DNA of 62,557 nt, the filler included, from Sphingomonadaceae bacterium (GTDB lineage: Bacteria > Chloroflexota > UBA6077), in the NCBI GenBank assembly GCA_050261575.1. It is 3 parts of 3 records of this genome, joined end to end, with 100 filler letters (N's around TTAATTAATTAA, not from the genome) between each part and the next. Parts side by side here need not be neighbours in the genome. Positions count along the whole stretch, not along the records: positions 24,207 to 50,343 come from JBLNDL010000039.1; positions 50,444 to 62,557 come from JBLNDL010000043.1; 1 more part is not named here. The stretch is one strand, 5' to 3'. The translations under genes were made by a program, and so were the position numbers. Under the pieces are notes generated by a model. The model saw only the letters and a list, made by a program, of their open reading frames with translations. It ran no database searches and was not told the origin of the DNA. Below, piece after piece: positions 39,449 through 50,801 of the stretch (its first letter is position 1; the number at the start of each line of letters is the position of its first letter).

Positions 39449-40438
39449 ATGAAGCAGAAGGAGCTAGCGGCGGTCGCCGCCGCCGTGGTCGTGGCGGGCG
39501 TGATCCAGGTGCTGATAATGTTGGGAGCGATCAACCCCTATTGGGAGTTGATCATCCAGTATGCTTGCATCGTCACCATCGCGGCCCTGGGTCTGAACAT
39601 CATCTACGGATTCAACGGCCAGTTCTCCCTCGGTCACGTGGCCTTCTACGGGCTTGGCGCCTACTCCGCGGGGCTGGTCACGAAGATGTGGACCGGGGAT
39701 AACCCCTTTGGGTTTCTCGGTGCGATCCTGATCGGCGGTCTCGTCGCCGCGCTGGTCGCTTTCCTGATCGGCTTGCCTATCCTCCGGTTGGGCTCCGACT
39801 ACCTCGGCATCGCTACCCTAGGTTTCGGGTTCATCGTCAAGGTGGCGTTCGACAATGCCGACGCCCTGATACCGGCTATGGGTGGCGCGCGCGGAATGAC
39901 CGGCATCGTGAAGCTCACCAGTTGGCCGTGGGTCGCAGTCGCCGCCATCGTCGCGGTGGTGGTCATGCGCAACTTCGTCTACTCCAGCCACGGTAGGGCA
40001 ACGCTCTCCGTCCGAGAGGACGAGATCGCGGCAAACTCCATGGGCATCAACATTGCCCGCTACAAGACCATCGCCTTCGTGATGGGCTGCTTCTACGCGG
40101 GGATTGCGGGGGCCCTCTACGCCCACCTCTACACCTTCCTCCACCCCAGCAACTTCGACTTCCTGAAGTCGGTCGACCTGCTGCTGATCGTCGTGTTGGG
40201 CGGCCTGGGAAGCATGTCGGGGACCATCATCGCAGCCCTCGGGTGGACCTTCCTGCTCGAGGGACTGCGGGTGCTTCTCCCCCAGGAGGTGCTGGACTTC
40301 AGGTTCGTCATCTACCCGCTGCTGCTTATCGCTGCCATGCTACTGCGGCCACAGGGGCTCTTCGGAGGGATGGAGTTCCCCTTCCTGCGAGCGCCCAAGG
40401 TCGAGAAGAGGGTCCAACGTGTCGTTACTGAGAGTTGA
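39449..40438 (+). CDS. livM: BCAA ABC permease
   Basis: GQFSLGH.AF, LRL..DYL.IATLGF, REDEIAA, VVLGGLGS. Confidence 0.95.
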   Translation: MKQKELAAVAAAVVVAGVIQVLIMLGAINPYWELIIQYACIVTIAALGLNIIYGFNGQFSLGHVAFYGLGAYSAGLVTKMWTGDNPFGFLGAILIGGLVAALVAFLIGLPILRLGSDYLGIATLGFGFIVKVAFDNADALIPAMGGARGMTGIVKLTSWPWVAVAAIVAVVVMRNFVYSSHGRATLSVREDEIAANSMGINIARYKTIAFVMGCFYAGIAGALYAHLYTFLHPSNFDFLKSVDLLLIVVLGGLGSMSGTIIAALGWTFLLEGLRVLLPQEVLDFRFVIYPLLLIAAMLLRPQGLFGGMEFPFLRAPKVEKRVQRVVTES

Positions 40439-41186
40439 TCAACTAAGCAGGCATTTCGGCGGCCTGAAGGCCGTGAACAACGTGTCCTTCTCTATCGAGG
40501 AAGGCCAGCTCATGGCGCTGATCGGGCCGAATGGCGCCGGAAAGACAACCGTCTTCAACCTGATTACCGGCCACTACGAGCCCACTTCCGGCGACATCCT
40601 GTTCGGCTCGCGCAGCATAGCTAGGCTCAGTCCCTACCAGATCACCCAGAGTGGCATCGCACGCACTTTCCAGAACATCAGGCTCTTCGGCAAGCTCTCG
40701 GTGCTGGACAACGTGCGGATCGCCTTTCACTGTCGGGTGCAGCACAGCATGGTCGATGCCATCCTTCGGCTGCCTTCCTTCCGTGCCGAGGAGCGGAAGC
40801 TGACGGAGCAGGCGCAGGAACTGCTGCAGCTCTTCAGACTCGCCGACAAGCAGGATGAGGTTGCCGGCAGCCTTCCATATGGCGAGCAGCGGCGGCTGGA
40901 GATCGCACGGGCGCTGGCGACGAAGCCTCGCCTGCTCTTGCTGGACGAGCCCGCGGCCGGCATGAATCCGGCTGAGGTGCACACCCTCATGGAGATGATC
41001 CAGTTCATCCGCAAGCGGTTCGACCTTACCATACTGCTCATCGAGCACCAGATGAAGGTTGTGATGGGGATCTGCGAGCGGATCGTGGTGATGGACTTCG
41101 GGGAGATCCTTGCCGAGGGCACACCGGCGGAGATACAGAGCAACCCGAAGGTTATCGAAGCCTATCTAGGGAAGGAAGTAGCTTAA
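40419..41186 (+). CDS. livG: BCAA ABC ATPase
   Basis: [48 protein letters not shown]. Confidence 0.96.
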   Translation: MSLLRVDQLSRHFGGLKAVNNVSFSIEEGQLMALIGPNGAGKTTVFNLITGHYEPTSGDILFGSRSIARLSPYQITQSGIARTFQNIRLFGKLSVLDNVRIAFHCRVQHSMVDAILRLPSFRAEERKLTEQAQELLQLFRLADKQDEVAGSLPYGEQRRLEIARALATKPRLLLLDEPAAGMNPAEVHTLMEMIQFIRKRFDLTILLIEHQMKVVMGICERIVVMDFGEILAEGTPAEIQSNPKVIEAYLGKEVA

Positions 41187-41924
41187 GTGCTGCTCGAAGT
41201 TCGAGACCTAAACGTGTATTACGGGGCCATTCAGGCCATCAATGGGCTTTCCTTCGACGTTGCCGAGGGCGAGATAGTGACCCTGATCGGTGCCAACGGC
41301 GCCGGCAAGAGCACCACCCTGAAGACGATCTCCGGGATCACGCGGGCCAGGTCCGGCAGCATCAAGTACAACGGTGCGGAGATCACCACGCGGGAACCCC
41401 ATGCAATCGTCGCCGATGGCATTTCCCACGTGCCCGAGGGTCGGCGAGTGTTCGCCAACCTGTCGGTGCGGGAGAACCTGTTGATGGGTGCCTTCACGGT
41501 CAAAGACCGAGCGAAGATCTCCCAGAACATGGAGCGGGTGTTCGCGCGCTTCCCCAGGCTTAAGGAGCGGCTGAGCCAGCCTGCCGGCACCTTGTCTGGC
41601 GGCGAGCAGCAGATGCTTGCCATGGGCAGGGCGCTGATGTCCCAACCCAAGCTTCTGCTGCTGGACGAGCCCTCCATGGGGCTTTCGCCCATTCTGGTGC
41701 GCCAGATATTCGACATAATCGTGGAGATCAACCAGGCAGGTACCAGCATCCTGCTGGTGGAGCAGAACGCCTTCATGGCGCTGGGAGTGGCCTCGAGGGC
41801 CTACGTTCTCGAGACCGGGCGGGTGGTGCTCAAGGGCGAGGCCGCGAAACTGCGGGAGGACCCCAAGGTCCGTGCCGCCTACCTGGGAGATATGGTGTCG
41901 GACAACGGGGAGAACGGGGCCTAG
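41187..41924 (+). CDS. livF: BCAA ABC ATPase
   Basis: GANGAGKST, VPEGRRVF, LSGGEQQMLA, LDEPSMGL.P. Confidence 0.96.
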   Translation: MLLEVRDLNVYYGAIQAINGLSFDVAEGEIVTLIGANGAGKSTTLKTISGITRARSGSIKYNGAEITTREPHAIVADGISHVPEGRRVFANLSVRENLLMGAFTVKDRAKISQNMERVFARFPRLKERLSQPAGTLSGGEQQMLAMGRALMSQPKLLLLDEPSMGLSPILVRQIFDIIVEINQAGTSILLVEQNAFMALGVASRAYVLETGRVVLKGEAAKLREDPKVRAAYLGDMVSDNGENGA

Positions 41925-42013
41925 GGCCGGGCAGCGCCGCTCCGTCCCCCCTCTGGGGGAGGCGGCAATGCCCCTCGACGGCGTCGGCCAGTGTGGCGGC
42001 GCGACGGCCGCTG

Positions 42014-42349
42014 TCAGAAGATCCGGCTCCCGAGCGGAAGGTCCCGCTCGGGCTGGAGGATCACTACATCCCCCGGGGCCTGCTCGGCCCCCAGCACCAG
42101 GACCTCCGAGAAGAAATCGGCCACCTGGCGAGGAGGGAAGTTGGTCACGGCTACCACCAGCTTGCCCTCCAATTCCTCCCTGCTGTAGAGTCGGGTGAGC
42201 TGTGCGCTGGACCTCTTGACGCCGAACTCCCCGAAGTCGATCCACAGCTTGTAGGCTGGTTTCCGGGCTTTCGGGAACTCCTCGACCCGAATCACCCTTC
42301 CGACGCGCATCTCCACCTTGTCGAAGTCCTCGTAGCTAATCTGACCCAT
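42014..42349 (-). CDS. csaA: CsaA / Trbp111-like tRNA-binding chaperone
   Basis: DF.KV.MRVG.V, FPKARKPAYKL.IDFG, SSAQLT, NFPP.Q...F.SEVLVLG; GGAGG RBS. Confidence 0.92.
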   Translation of the reverse strand: MGQISYEDFDKVEMRVGRVIRVEEFPKARKPAYKLWIDFGEFGVKRSSAQLTRLYSREELEGKLVVAVTNFPPRQVADFFSEVLVLGAEQAPGDVVILQPERDLPLGSRIF

Positions 42350-42522
42350 CTTGCCTCCCTCTGTCTGCATCGTGGTGTCCGTGGGTGGGGTGCGGCGCGC
42401 GCTCCACTCCAGAGTGACGTGTCGGACGTGGCATGGGACTTGCCGCCGTGATACCCGTTCGGGGAGCAGAAGGGCTCTTCGACGACACAGGACGGTTGTC
42501 TGGGAAGTGAGAGGTAAGCAGA

Positions 42523-42816
42523 ATGGCGAAGCGGCTGTACGTCGGGAACCTCCCGTATTCGACGACGGATGAGGATCTCCGAAGACTGTTCGCTCAGGCC
42601 GGCACAGTGGAGGAAGCCACTGTGATGACCGAGCGCGAAACGGGGAGATCCCGCGGATTTGGCTTTGTGGAGATGGGTACGGATGCCGACGCGGAGAATG
42701 CGGTCCGCATGTTCGACGGCTATACCATTGACGGACGACAGCTTCGAGTGAATCCAGCGATGGAGCGAGAGCAGCGTGGCGCCGGCGGATTCCGTGGCGG
42801 CAGGGGCGGCTACTGA
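42523..42816 (+). CDS. RRM (RNP-1) RNA-binding protein with Gly/Arg tail
   Basis: RLYVGNL (RNP2), RGFGFVEM (RNP1), GRQLRVN. Confidence 0.95.
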   Translation: MAKRLYVGNLPYSTTDEDLRRLFAQAGTVEEATVMTERETGRSRGFGFVEMGTDADAENAVRMFDGYTIDGRQLRVNPAMEREQRGAGGFRGGRGGY

Positions 42817-42994
42817 CGTGCACACCTCCACGCGATCGGACGCCACAGTCACTCCGACGTAGCCGCGTCGAAGGCAGCGGCTTGAGGCGCCTCGAACAGG
42901 ACTGGGGACTGAGGACGGCGTGAAATCTAATCAGTCCCCGGTTCCGCGTACGGTCCGGCTGTGATCGTTTCATCCCGGACTGCACGCTAGTCTC

Positions 42995-43471
42995 TTATCC
43001 GGAATGCTCCACCTGTCGAAGGACGATCCTCGCCTCTTTGCGAAGGCTCTGGTATGCCTCCTCCAGCTCGGCGTCGTACGGTGCCCCCGAGTCGTAGACT
43101 ATCTCGCGAATTCCGGCCTGGATCGCCTCCTTCAGGCAACCGAAGCAAGGTCTGAGGGTGCTGTAGAGGATGCCTCCCTCGATGGCCGTCCCGTGCCGCG
43201 CCGCGAGAAGCATGGCGTTCGCCTCGGCGTGGACGCAGGTGCAGGTGTCGTATCCCTGGCCTGGAGGTGCATCGGAGGCGCAACGGAGGCATCCCCCGTC
43301 GTAGCAGTTGCGTACGCCCATGGGGGTGCCGTTGTATCCGGTGCTGACGATGCTGTGGCCCACCACGATGATGGCGCCCACGTGCCGCCGCGAGCAGTTG
43401 GATCGGCTGGACACGTGCTGGGCGATTCCCATGAAGTACTCGTCCCAACTGGGGCGGTGACGCATAAGCAC
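42995..43471 (-). CDS. dCMP deaminase family protein (ComEB-like)
   Basis: RPSWDEYFM, TGYNG.P, HAEANA, PCFGC. Confidence 0.93.
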   Translation of the reverse strand: MLMRHRPSWDEYFMGIAQHVSSRSNCSRRHVGAIIVVGHSIVSTGYNGTPMGVRNCYDGGCLRCASDAPPGQGYDTCTCVHAEANAMLLAARHGTAIEGGILYSTLRPCFGCLKEAIQAGIREIVYDSGAPYDAELEEAYQSLRKEARIVLRQVEHSG

Positions 43472-43512
43472 CTCTCTCTATGCGGTTCGCGATCTGCCGG
43501 TGGGCCGCGGCC

Positions 43513-43734
43513 CTACCGTCGTCGCTTCTTCTGGAACAACTCCGGGTGGGTTCGTTGCGCATCACGGACCCGCCGGATTGCGGCAGTGACGCCGAACAGG
43601 GTCGCCAGCACCAGCATCACCATGGCTGGCAGTTGGTCGCCGTTAACGAAGAAAACTCCCGAGATTGCCAGGGAGAGCACCTGGAGCCACGTAAGCTGGC
43701 CTGCCCTGCTTCGGATTCTGGGGAGTCTCACCAT
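43513..43734 (-). CDS. Small two-TM membrane protein
   Basis: AGGAGG RBS, two hydrophobic segments, basic C-tail; co-oriented between fumC and the deaminase. Confidence 0.6.
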   Translation of the reverse strand: MVRLPRIRSRAGQLTWLQVLSLAISGVFFVNGDQLPAMVMLVLATLFGVTAAIRRVRDAQRTHPELFQKKRRR

Positions 43735-43768
43735 CGCACCTCCTAGCGGTGACATTATACCAGGGCTG

Positions 43769-45184
<1,416 letters not shown>

Positions 45185-45232
45185 TGGGACCCCTCTCTTC
45201 CGAACCCCTGCCTCGCAGGGGGCTACGAGGTG

Positions 45233-45472
45233 CTACTCGCCGAAGAGCTCGCGCTGCAACTTCTGGATCTGCTCCGCACGTCGGGCGGTTTCCTCTCGAT
45301 CGATCTGGAAGCGCAGGACGAGCATCTGGTGGGGTTGGACGCCGGATGGGAGCTTCTCCCTATCCACCACCAGCTCCTGTCCATCGTCGAAGACGAGGAC
45401 CGCCCAATGCTTCCCCTGCTCGTCATGCTCGAAGCGGTCCACGGTTGCCCTGAGTGGGGACTGAGGCGACAT
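45233..45472 (-). CDS. DUF3006-like small protein
   Basis: VDRFE....AVL...LP.G....L pattern; directly after the ComEC-like MBL gene. Confidence 0.75.
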   Translation of the reverse strand: MSPQSPLRATVDRFEHDEQGKHWAVLVFDDGQELVVDREKLPSGVQPHQMLVLRFQIDREETARRAEQIQKLQRELFGE

Positions 45473-45476
45473 TTGG

Positions 45477-46364
45477 CTAGCCTCCCTGCCTCTGGGGCTC
45501 GACCCTGTATCCGCGGCCGTCGATGGTCACCTGGATCGTGCCCTGGAGATCTGTCCTGTAGATGTCGACTTTGCGGAGCTCAAGTCGTTGCAGCATCTGT
45601 CGGTGGGGATGGCCGTACTGGTTGCCAGCGCCGACGGAGATGATGGCTACCTCCGGATCGACGGCCGCGAGGAAATCCGCCGAGGTGGCGCCCTGGCTCC
45701 CGTGATGGGAGACCTTCAGGATCTGGCTACGGATGTCGGTAGCGTGGCTCAGGATCCTCCTCTCCCCGTCCCGTTCCAGGTCTCCCGTCAGCAGCGCGGA
45801 AACGGAGCCGTAGGTGATCCGCAGCACCACGGAGTTGTCGTTATCGGCGGACTCGCCCCTCAGCAGCGGGTCCTCGGGGCCAAGCACCTCAACCCTCGTC
45901 TCTGCCCCCAGGTCGATGGACGTCTGATCCCTTCGGGCCTTGATTGCCTCGATGCCCTTGCTCCGCACCAGTTGCAGGGTGCGGAGGTAGCTCTGGTTGG
46001 TCTGCCCTGGCGGCGCAGCGTCGACGAAGGCATCCACCCTCACCGCTTCCAACAGAGCAGGCATCCCGCCGACGTGGTCCTGGTCGGGGTGTGTGAGCAC
46101 CAGATAGTCCAGAGATGAGATCCCCTGGGATTCGAGGTAGGGGAGGACGGCGCGTTCCACGTCGCCGCGATCGTGGGACCCGTCGACCATCATGGTACGA
46201 CCGGACGGGGAGCGGACCAGGATGCAATCGCCCTGCCCGACGTCCAGCACAGCGAGCAGCATCTCGCCGCCCGATCGAGGCGGGGGCGGGGTCGCGCACC
46301 CGGTGACGACGGCGGCGAGGATGACTATTACCGTGAGGGCGAAGGCTCCAAAGACTCTTCTCAT
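45477..46364 (-). CDS. ComEC/Rec2-type MBL-fold hydrolase lipoprotein (stand-alone nuclease domain)
   Basis: Lipobox VTGC, DVGQGD, THPDQDHVGG, NDNSVV, LTGD, HHGS, N.YGHP, YRTD..GTI. Confidence 0.9.
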   Translation of the reverse strand: MRRVFGAFALTVIVILAAVVTGCATPPPPRSGGEMLLAVLDVGQGDCILVRSPSGRTMMVDGSHDRGDVERAVLPYLESQGISSLDYLVLTHPDQDHVGGMPALLEAVRVDAFVDAAPPGQTNQSYLRTLQLVRSKGIEAIKARRDQTSIDLGAETRVEVLGPEDPLLRGESADNDNSVVLRITYGSVSALLTGDLERDGERRILSHATDIRSQILKVSHHGSQGATSADFLAAVDPEVAIISVGAGNQYGHPHRQMLQRLELRKVDIYRTDLQGTIQVTIDGRGYRVEPQRQGG

Positions 46365-46392
46365 GCGCCGCCTTCTATCGGTTCGACGCGCT

Positions 46393-47310
46393 TCATCTGC
46401 CGTCCGGGCTAAGCATCTCTTGGAGGCCGTCGCCCAGCAGGTTGATGGCGAGCGTCGTTAGCAGAATCGATCCGCCTGGGAAGGCCGCAACCCACCAGGC
46501 GCCGGACAGTATAGCAGCCTGGGCATCGTGGAGCATGTTGCCCCAGCTAGCCTCGGAGGGCGGAACACCCATGCCCAGGAAGCTGAGAGCCGATTCCAGG
46601 AGCAGGGCATCGGCCACGCCGAGCGCAAAGAGTACCCCCACATGGCTGGTCAGGTTGGGCAGGAGGTGGCGGATCACTATGCGCCACGATGAGCATCCGA
46701 TCGCCCGGGCCGCGAGCACGAACTCCCGCTCCTTCAGGCTGAGGGTCGCAGCTCGCACGACTCGGGCCACTACCATCCATCCCACCAGCGACACCATGAT
46801 GATGACGTTGGCCACCCCGGCACCCAACAGGGTCTGCAGAGCCACCAGGAGGAAGAAGGCGGGCATGGCAAGGGCGGCGTCCACCAGACGAGTGATCGCC
46901 GCGTCCAGCAGTCCCCCGCAATAGGCGGCCAGCAGCCCAAGGGTAACCCCGAGGAGAGCGGCCAGCCCCGCGGAGCACAATCCCACGGCGAGGGACACCC
47001 TGGCGCCGTAGAGGGCGCGGCTGAGGACGTCGCGGCCAAGGGGATCGGTGCCCAGGGGGTGCGCCGGGCTCGGTGGCACGGAGCCGCTCCCAAGGTCGAC
47101 GCGCGCAGGGTCGTAGGGCGCCAGGACCGGCGCGAGGAGGGAGGCAAGAGCCAGCATCACGAGGACGCACAGGGCGGAGACCGCGAGCGGGTCTCGCGTG
47201 AAGTGTCTCCAGCACCTGAGTCCGGCGTCCGCTCGGCCGATCCCGGGCTCTGGCGTAGTGCGCACTCCGGATCGAAGCGTCCAGTGTGCGGAGGGGCGGA
47301 GGTCGTCCAT
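46393..47310 (-). CDS. Peptide/nickel ABC permease (OppC/DppC family)
   Basis: HPLGTD.LGRD, EREFVLAARAIG, HLLPN, LSFLG.G....SWG.ML. Confidence 0.92.
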   Translation of the reverse strand: MDDLRPSAHWTLRSGVRTTPEPGIGRADAGLRCWRHFTRDPLAVSALCVLVMLALASLLAPVLAPYDPARVDLGSGSVPPSPAHPLGTDPLGRDVLSRALYGARVSLAVGLCSAGLAALLGVTLGLLAAYCGGLLDAAITRLVDAALAMPAFFLLVALQTLLGAGVANVIIMVSLVGWMVVARVVRAATLSLKEREFVLAARAIGCSSWRIVIRHLLPNLTSHVGVLFALGVADALLLESALSFLGMGVPPSEASWGNMLHDAQAAILSGAWWVAAFPGGSILLTTLAINLLGDGLQEMLSPDGR

Positions 47311-47321
47311 CTCCAAGCCTG

Positions 47322-48281
47322 TCACCCCCTGCTCGACCGGCCGACGCGAGGATCGGCCAAGGTGTAGGCCAAGTCGGCCAGCAGGCTGCCGGCCAGGGCG
47401 ATGGTAGCGACGACCAGGACCTCGCCCATGATCACGGGGTAGTTGCGCTGCAGCGCCGACTCGATCGCCAGGCGACCCATCCCGGGCCAACTGAAGACCG
47501 TCTCGATCACCACGGCGCCCCCCAGGAGGCCCGGCGCAGACAGCCCCAGGAGGGTGATGACTGGAAGGAGCGCGTTTCTCAGGACGTGCCTGGTGGCAAC
47601 GGTGACTCCGGCCAACCCCTTCGCGGTCGCGGTGCGAACGTAGTCCTGGCCGAGCACTTCCAGCATGGAGGCCCGCGTCACCCGGGCGAAGCGGCCGGCG
47701 TCGCGCATGGCCAGCGCGAGAGCCGGCAGGGCCAGGTGTCGAAGGAGATCGGCCAGATCCGTTCCTCCCAGCGCGGCCCTCATCCCTCCAGAGGGGAGCC
47801 AGCCCAGGCGCAACGAGAACAGGAGTATCAGCAGGAGGCCCAGCCAGAAGGCTGGTGTGGAGTAGAGTGCCGTGGCGACGATCGTGACGCCCCGGTCCAC
47901 CCAGGAGTGGCGATGGGTGGCGGCGAGCACGCCCGCGCCGACTCCCAACACAGTAGCCAGCAGGAGGCTGGTGCCGGCCAGCAGGAGTGTGGCCGGAATG
48001 CGCTCCGCCACGACGGCCAGCACCGGCCTGCCATCGGCGTAGGAGCGGCCCAGGTCCCCCGTTACGGCCTTTCCCAGCCATCGGAGGTATTGCACTGCCA
48101 GCGGGGCGTCCAGACCCCACCACTCTCGGACCCGAGCGAGATCCTCCTGGGTTACGCTGGGGCCGTACAGCGTCACCCCCGGGTCGCCAGGGGTCAGCCT
48201 CAGCAGGGCGAACGTTACCGCGCTGACCAGCAGCAGGAGGACGGCGGACTGCGCCATACGGGCCGCGATTATCCTGAGCAT
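47322..48281 (-). CDS. Peptide/nickel ABC permease (OppB/DppB family)
   Basis: PGDP, GLD.PL..QY..W, GDLG.S, DYVRTA.AKG, IETVFSWPGMG. Confidence 0.93.
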   Translation of the reverse strand: MLRIIAARMAQSAVLLLLVSAVTFALLRLTPGDPGVTLYGPSVTQEDLARVREWWGLDAPLAVQYLRWLGKAVTGDLGRSYADGRPVLAVVAERIPATLLLAGTSLLLATVLGVGAGVLAATHRHSWVDRGVTIVATALYSTPAFWLGLLLILLFSLRLGWLPSGGMRAALGGTDLADLLRHLALPALALAMRDAGRFARVTRASMLEVLGQDYVRTATAKGLAGVTVATRHVLRNALLPVITLLGLSAPGLLGGAVVIETVFSWPGMGRLAIESALQRNYPVIMGEVLVVATIALAGSLLADLAYTLADPRVGRSSRG

Positions 48282-48363
48282 GGCTGCACGAGACCGTCGG
48301 CTAGCACTCCACAGGCGGGGCGGGAGCTTTCCCGCGGCTCCTTCCCCCGCTCTGGTGGCCGGC

Positions 48364-49917
48364 TCACTTCCATTCCCACTCCTCGGCGTTCCAGAAGAGG
48401 TTCGTGGATGAGGGTTTCACCCCCTGGATCTGCGGCTTGAAGGCGTAGACGGTCTTCGGATGGAATAGCGAGATCTGCGGCAGATCCTCGGCGAGGATCC
48501 GCTGCACCTCCGCGTATGCTTGGCGGCGCTTCTCCCGGTCGTTGGTCGCCAGCCCCTGCGCGAGCAGTTCGTCGACCGCCTTGTTGCTGTAGTTCAGGAA
48601 GTTCTGGCCATTCTGTATGGAGTTGGTGTGGAAGCGGCGCGAGATGTCGGGATCGAGCTGCACGGCGCTCTGGAGGAGTGCGGCGTCGAAGTTGCCCTTC
48701 AGCACCGTCTGCGCAACGAAGCTGTTTCTCTCCTGGACCCCGGCCTTCACCTCCATGCCCAGGTCTGCCCAGTTCTGCCGGATAGCCATCATGACCTGCT
48801 CCTGCGTCTTGTTTCCGGCGTACGTCATGATGGAGAACTGGAACCTGCGGCCGTCCTTCGTCAGGATGCCGTCCGGACCGGGTGTCCAACCCGCCTCGGC
48901 TAGCAGTGCCTTCGCCTTGGCGGGATCGTAGTCGTAGCGCGGGACGTTGGGGTTGTAGGCCCAGGAGGTCGGCGGGATGTCGGAGGTGGCGGGGACTGCC
49001 GCGCCCAGCATCACCTTGTCGATCAGGCTCTGAGTGTCGATGGCGTGGGCGAGCGCGCGGCGCACCCTGACATCCTGGAACAGGGGATTCGTCAGCCGCA
49101 GGCTCACCTGGGTGTTGCCCTCCAGCGCTTCGTGCAGCGTCATCTTGCTGGAGGACTTGAACGTAGCCGCATCGGACGGGCCGAACACGGGGGCCGCATC
49201 CACCTCGCCGTTCATCGCCTGGACCGCGAGCATACTGCTGTCTGGGACAATCTTCCAGACGATCTTCTCCATCTTCGGGACGGTGCCGAAGTAGTTGGGG
49301 TTTCGCTTCAGCGTGACGCTCTCCCCCTTGGACCAGCTCTCGAAGATGAACGGTCCGGTGCCGACGGGCTGGCTGTTGAATGCGGCCGTGGCCAGGTCCT
49401 GCCCCTCCAGCAGGTGCTTCGGGGCGATGCCCAGCACCAGGCGAGACAGGAAGGCGGCATCCGGCCGCGACAGGCGGAAGCGAACCGTGTGGGGGTCCAC
49501 CACCTCGACGCGCTGAATGGCGGCATAGTCCGCCTTGGACACCGTGGGCTTCGTGTTGGGGTTGATGACGGTGTCGTAGGTGAACTTCACGTCATCGGCA
49601 GTGAAGTCCTTCCCATCGTGCCACTTCACCCCTTTCCGGAGATGAAAGGTCCACTCCGTCCCGTCGGCCGAAGTCTGCCACTCCGTGGCCAACTCGCCGC
49701 GGATCTTAAAGCTGTCGTCCGCGGCGACCAGACCATCGAAGATCATCTCGATCATCGATCGCGACACGATGTCCGGCGCGGTGATTGGGTTCAGGGTGTT
49801 TGGTTGGTTGGTTGTCCCGTACACCATGGCCCGAGGCTGAGTGGCAGCCTGCTGGCCGCAGGCAGAGGCCAGCAGCAAGGTCAGCACGATGGCGATGGCG
49901 GAAATCAGCTTTGGCAT
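48364..49917 (-). CDS. Family-5 ABC substrate-binding lipoprotein (OppA/DppA/AppA-like)
   Basis: Lipobox ASAC, LRKGVKWHDG..FTADDV.FT, PVGTGPF, DVRVRRAL. Confidence 0.93.
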   Translation of the reverse strand: MPKLISAIAIVLTLLLASACGQQAATQPRAMVYGTTNQPNTLNPITAPDIVSRSMIEMIFDGLVAADDSFKIRGELATEWQTSADGTEWTFHLRKGVKWHDGKDFTADDVKFTYDTVINPNTKPTVSKADYAAIQRVEVVDPHTVRFRLSRPDAAFLSRLVLGIAPKHLLEGQDLATAAFNSQPVGTGPFIFESWSKGESVTLKRNPNYFGTVPKMEKIVWKIVPDSSMLAVQAMNGEVDAAPVFGPSDAATFKSSSKMTLHEALEGNTQVSLRLTNPLFQDVRVRRALAHAIDTQSLIDKVMLGAAVPATSDIPPTSWAYNPNVPRYDYDPAKAKALLAEAGWTPGPDGILTKDGRRFQFSIMTYAGNKTQEQVMMAIRQNWADLGMEVKAGVQERNSFVAQTVLKGNFDAALLQSAVQLDPDISRRFHTNSIQNGQNFLNYSNKAVDELLAQGLATNDREKRRQAYAEVQRILAEDLPQISLFHPKTVYAFKPQIQGVKPSSTNLFWNAEEWEWK

Positions 49918-50047
49918 TGTCGGGTACCTCCATACTCATCCTCGAGCACCTCCGGCCGGTGCCAGTGGTCCGCCACACCGTTTCAGAGGAGGTAGGTGAG
50001 GGCGGCACGGCGTATGGATCCTCGCCGTCGGTGGCCGACTCGCTGTG

Positions 50048-50120
50048 CCAAGCAGGTGTCTCCAATCGTGTCGACTCTCCTGGCTGGAGACGTGTGCCAG
50101 ATCAAGAGATACCTGCTTAG
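50048..50120. mobile_element. ~72-bp MITE, copy C
   Basis: CCAAGCAGGTGTCTCCA...GTGTCGACT...ACGTGT...AGAGATACCTGCTTAG. Confidence 0.65.
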
Positions 50121-50141
50121 TTTAGCATGGCCGGTGAGGAT

Positions 50142-50170
50142 TGTAGGGGCGACTGTCAGTCGCCCCTACA
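50142..50170. repeat. GTAG-type REP palindrome
   Basis: TGTAGGGGCGACTG-T-CAGTCGCCCCTACA; related hairpin near 20896-20921. Confidence 0.7.
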
Positions 50171-50343
50171 TCTTCGGTAGTATGTCTTGTAGCGACCAGC
50201 GGTCGCCGGGGTTACGTTTCCTCCTACCTATGTCTTGGGGTGTAGTGTGTATGTAGGAGGTGGTGGGACTTATCGCTAAGGGGTCTGCCGAGGAACTCCC
50301 TGTAGATCTGCTGGACGTCTGGGTTCTCGTGGCTCTTGCGCCA

Positions 50344-50443
50344 NNNNNNNNNNNNNNNNNNNNNNNNNNNNNNNNNNNNNNNNNNNNTTAATTAATTAAN
50401 NNNNNNNNNNNNNNNNNNNNNNNNNNNNNNNNNNNNNNNNNNN
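50344..50443. other. Artificial contig spacer
   Basis: N44-TTAATTAATTAA-N44. Confidence 0.97.
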
Positions 50444-50801
50444 CACCCCCCCCCCGCGGCGGGTATCCCCGGCCCCGGGCGCCCGCGCGCGGCCCCCCCC
50501 CCCCCCCCCCCCCCCCGCGCCCCGTCCGCATCCCGACAAATCGCGATTCGGGCAGGATTCGCCCGCTTTCGAGCACGCGGTGACCCAATGACAGGAAGCC
50601 GTTGTCGTTTCCGGAATCCCCCGGACTCGCCTCTCACGATTCGCCAATGGCGGTTTCGGAATCGCCAATGGGACCTCGTTGGCGATTCCAACACTCCGCC
50701 AACGACCGCGATCGCCGCACTCGCGCGTCGAGGCGCGTCAGCAGAGATACCCGCTCAGAGCCTCCAGCGCTTGCCGTCGAGCGGATCTTCCCCAATGCTC
50801 G

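Noticed and set aside
50255..50343. RBS followed by a short open frame running into the gap
   Set aside because: Only about 27 codons visible and no motif; cannot be supported
50444..50525. Poly-C tracts
   Set aside because: At the contig edge; most likely low-quality sequence
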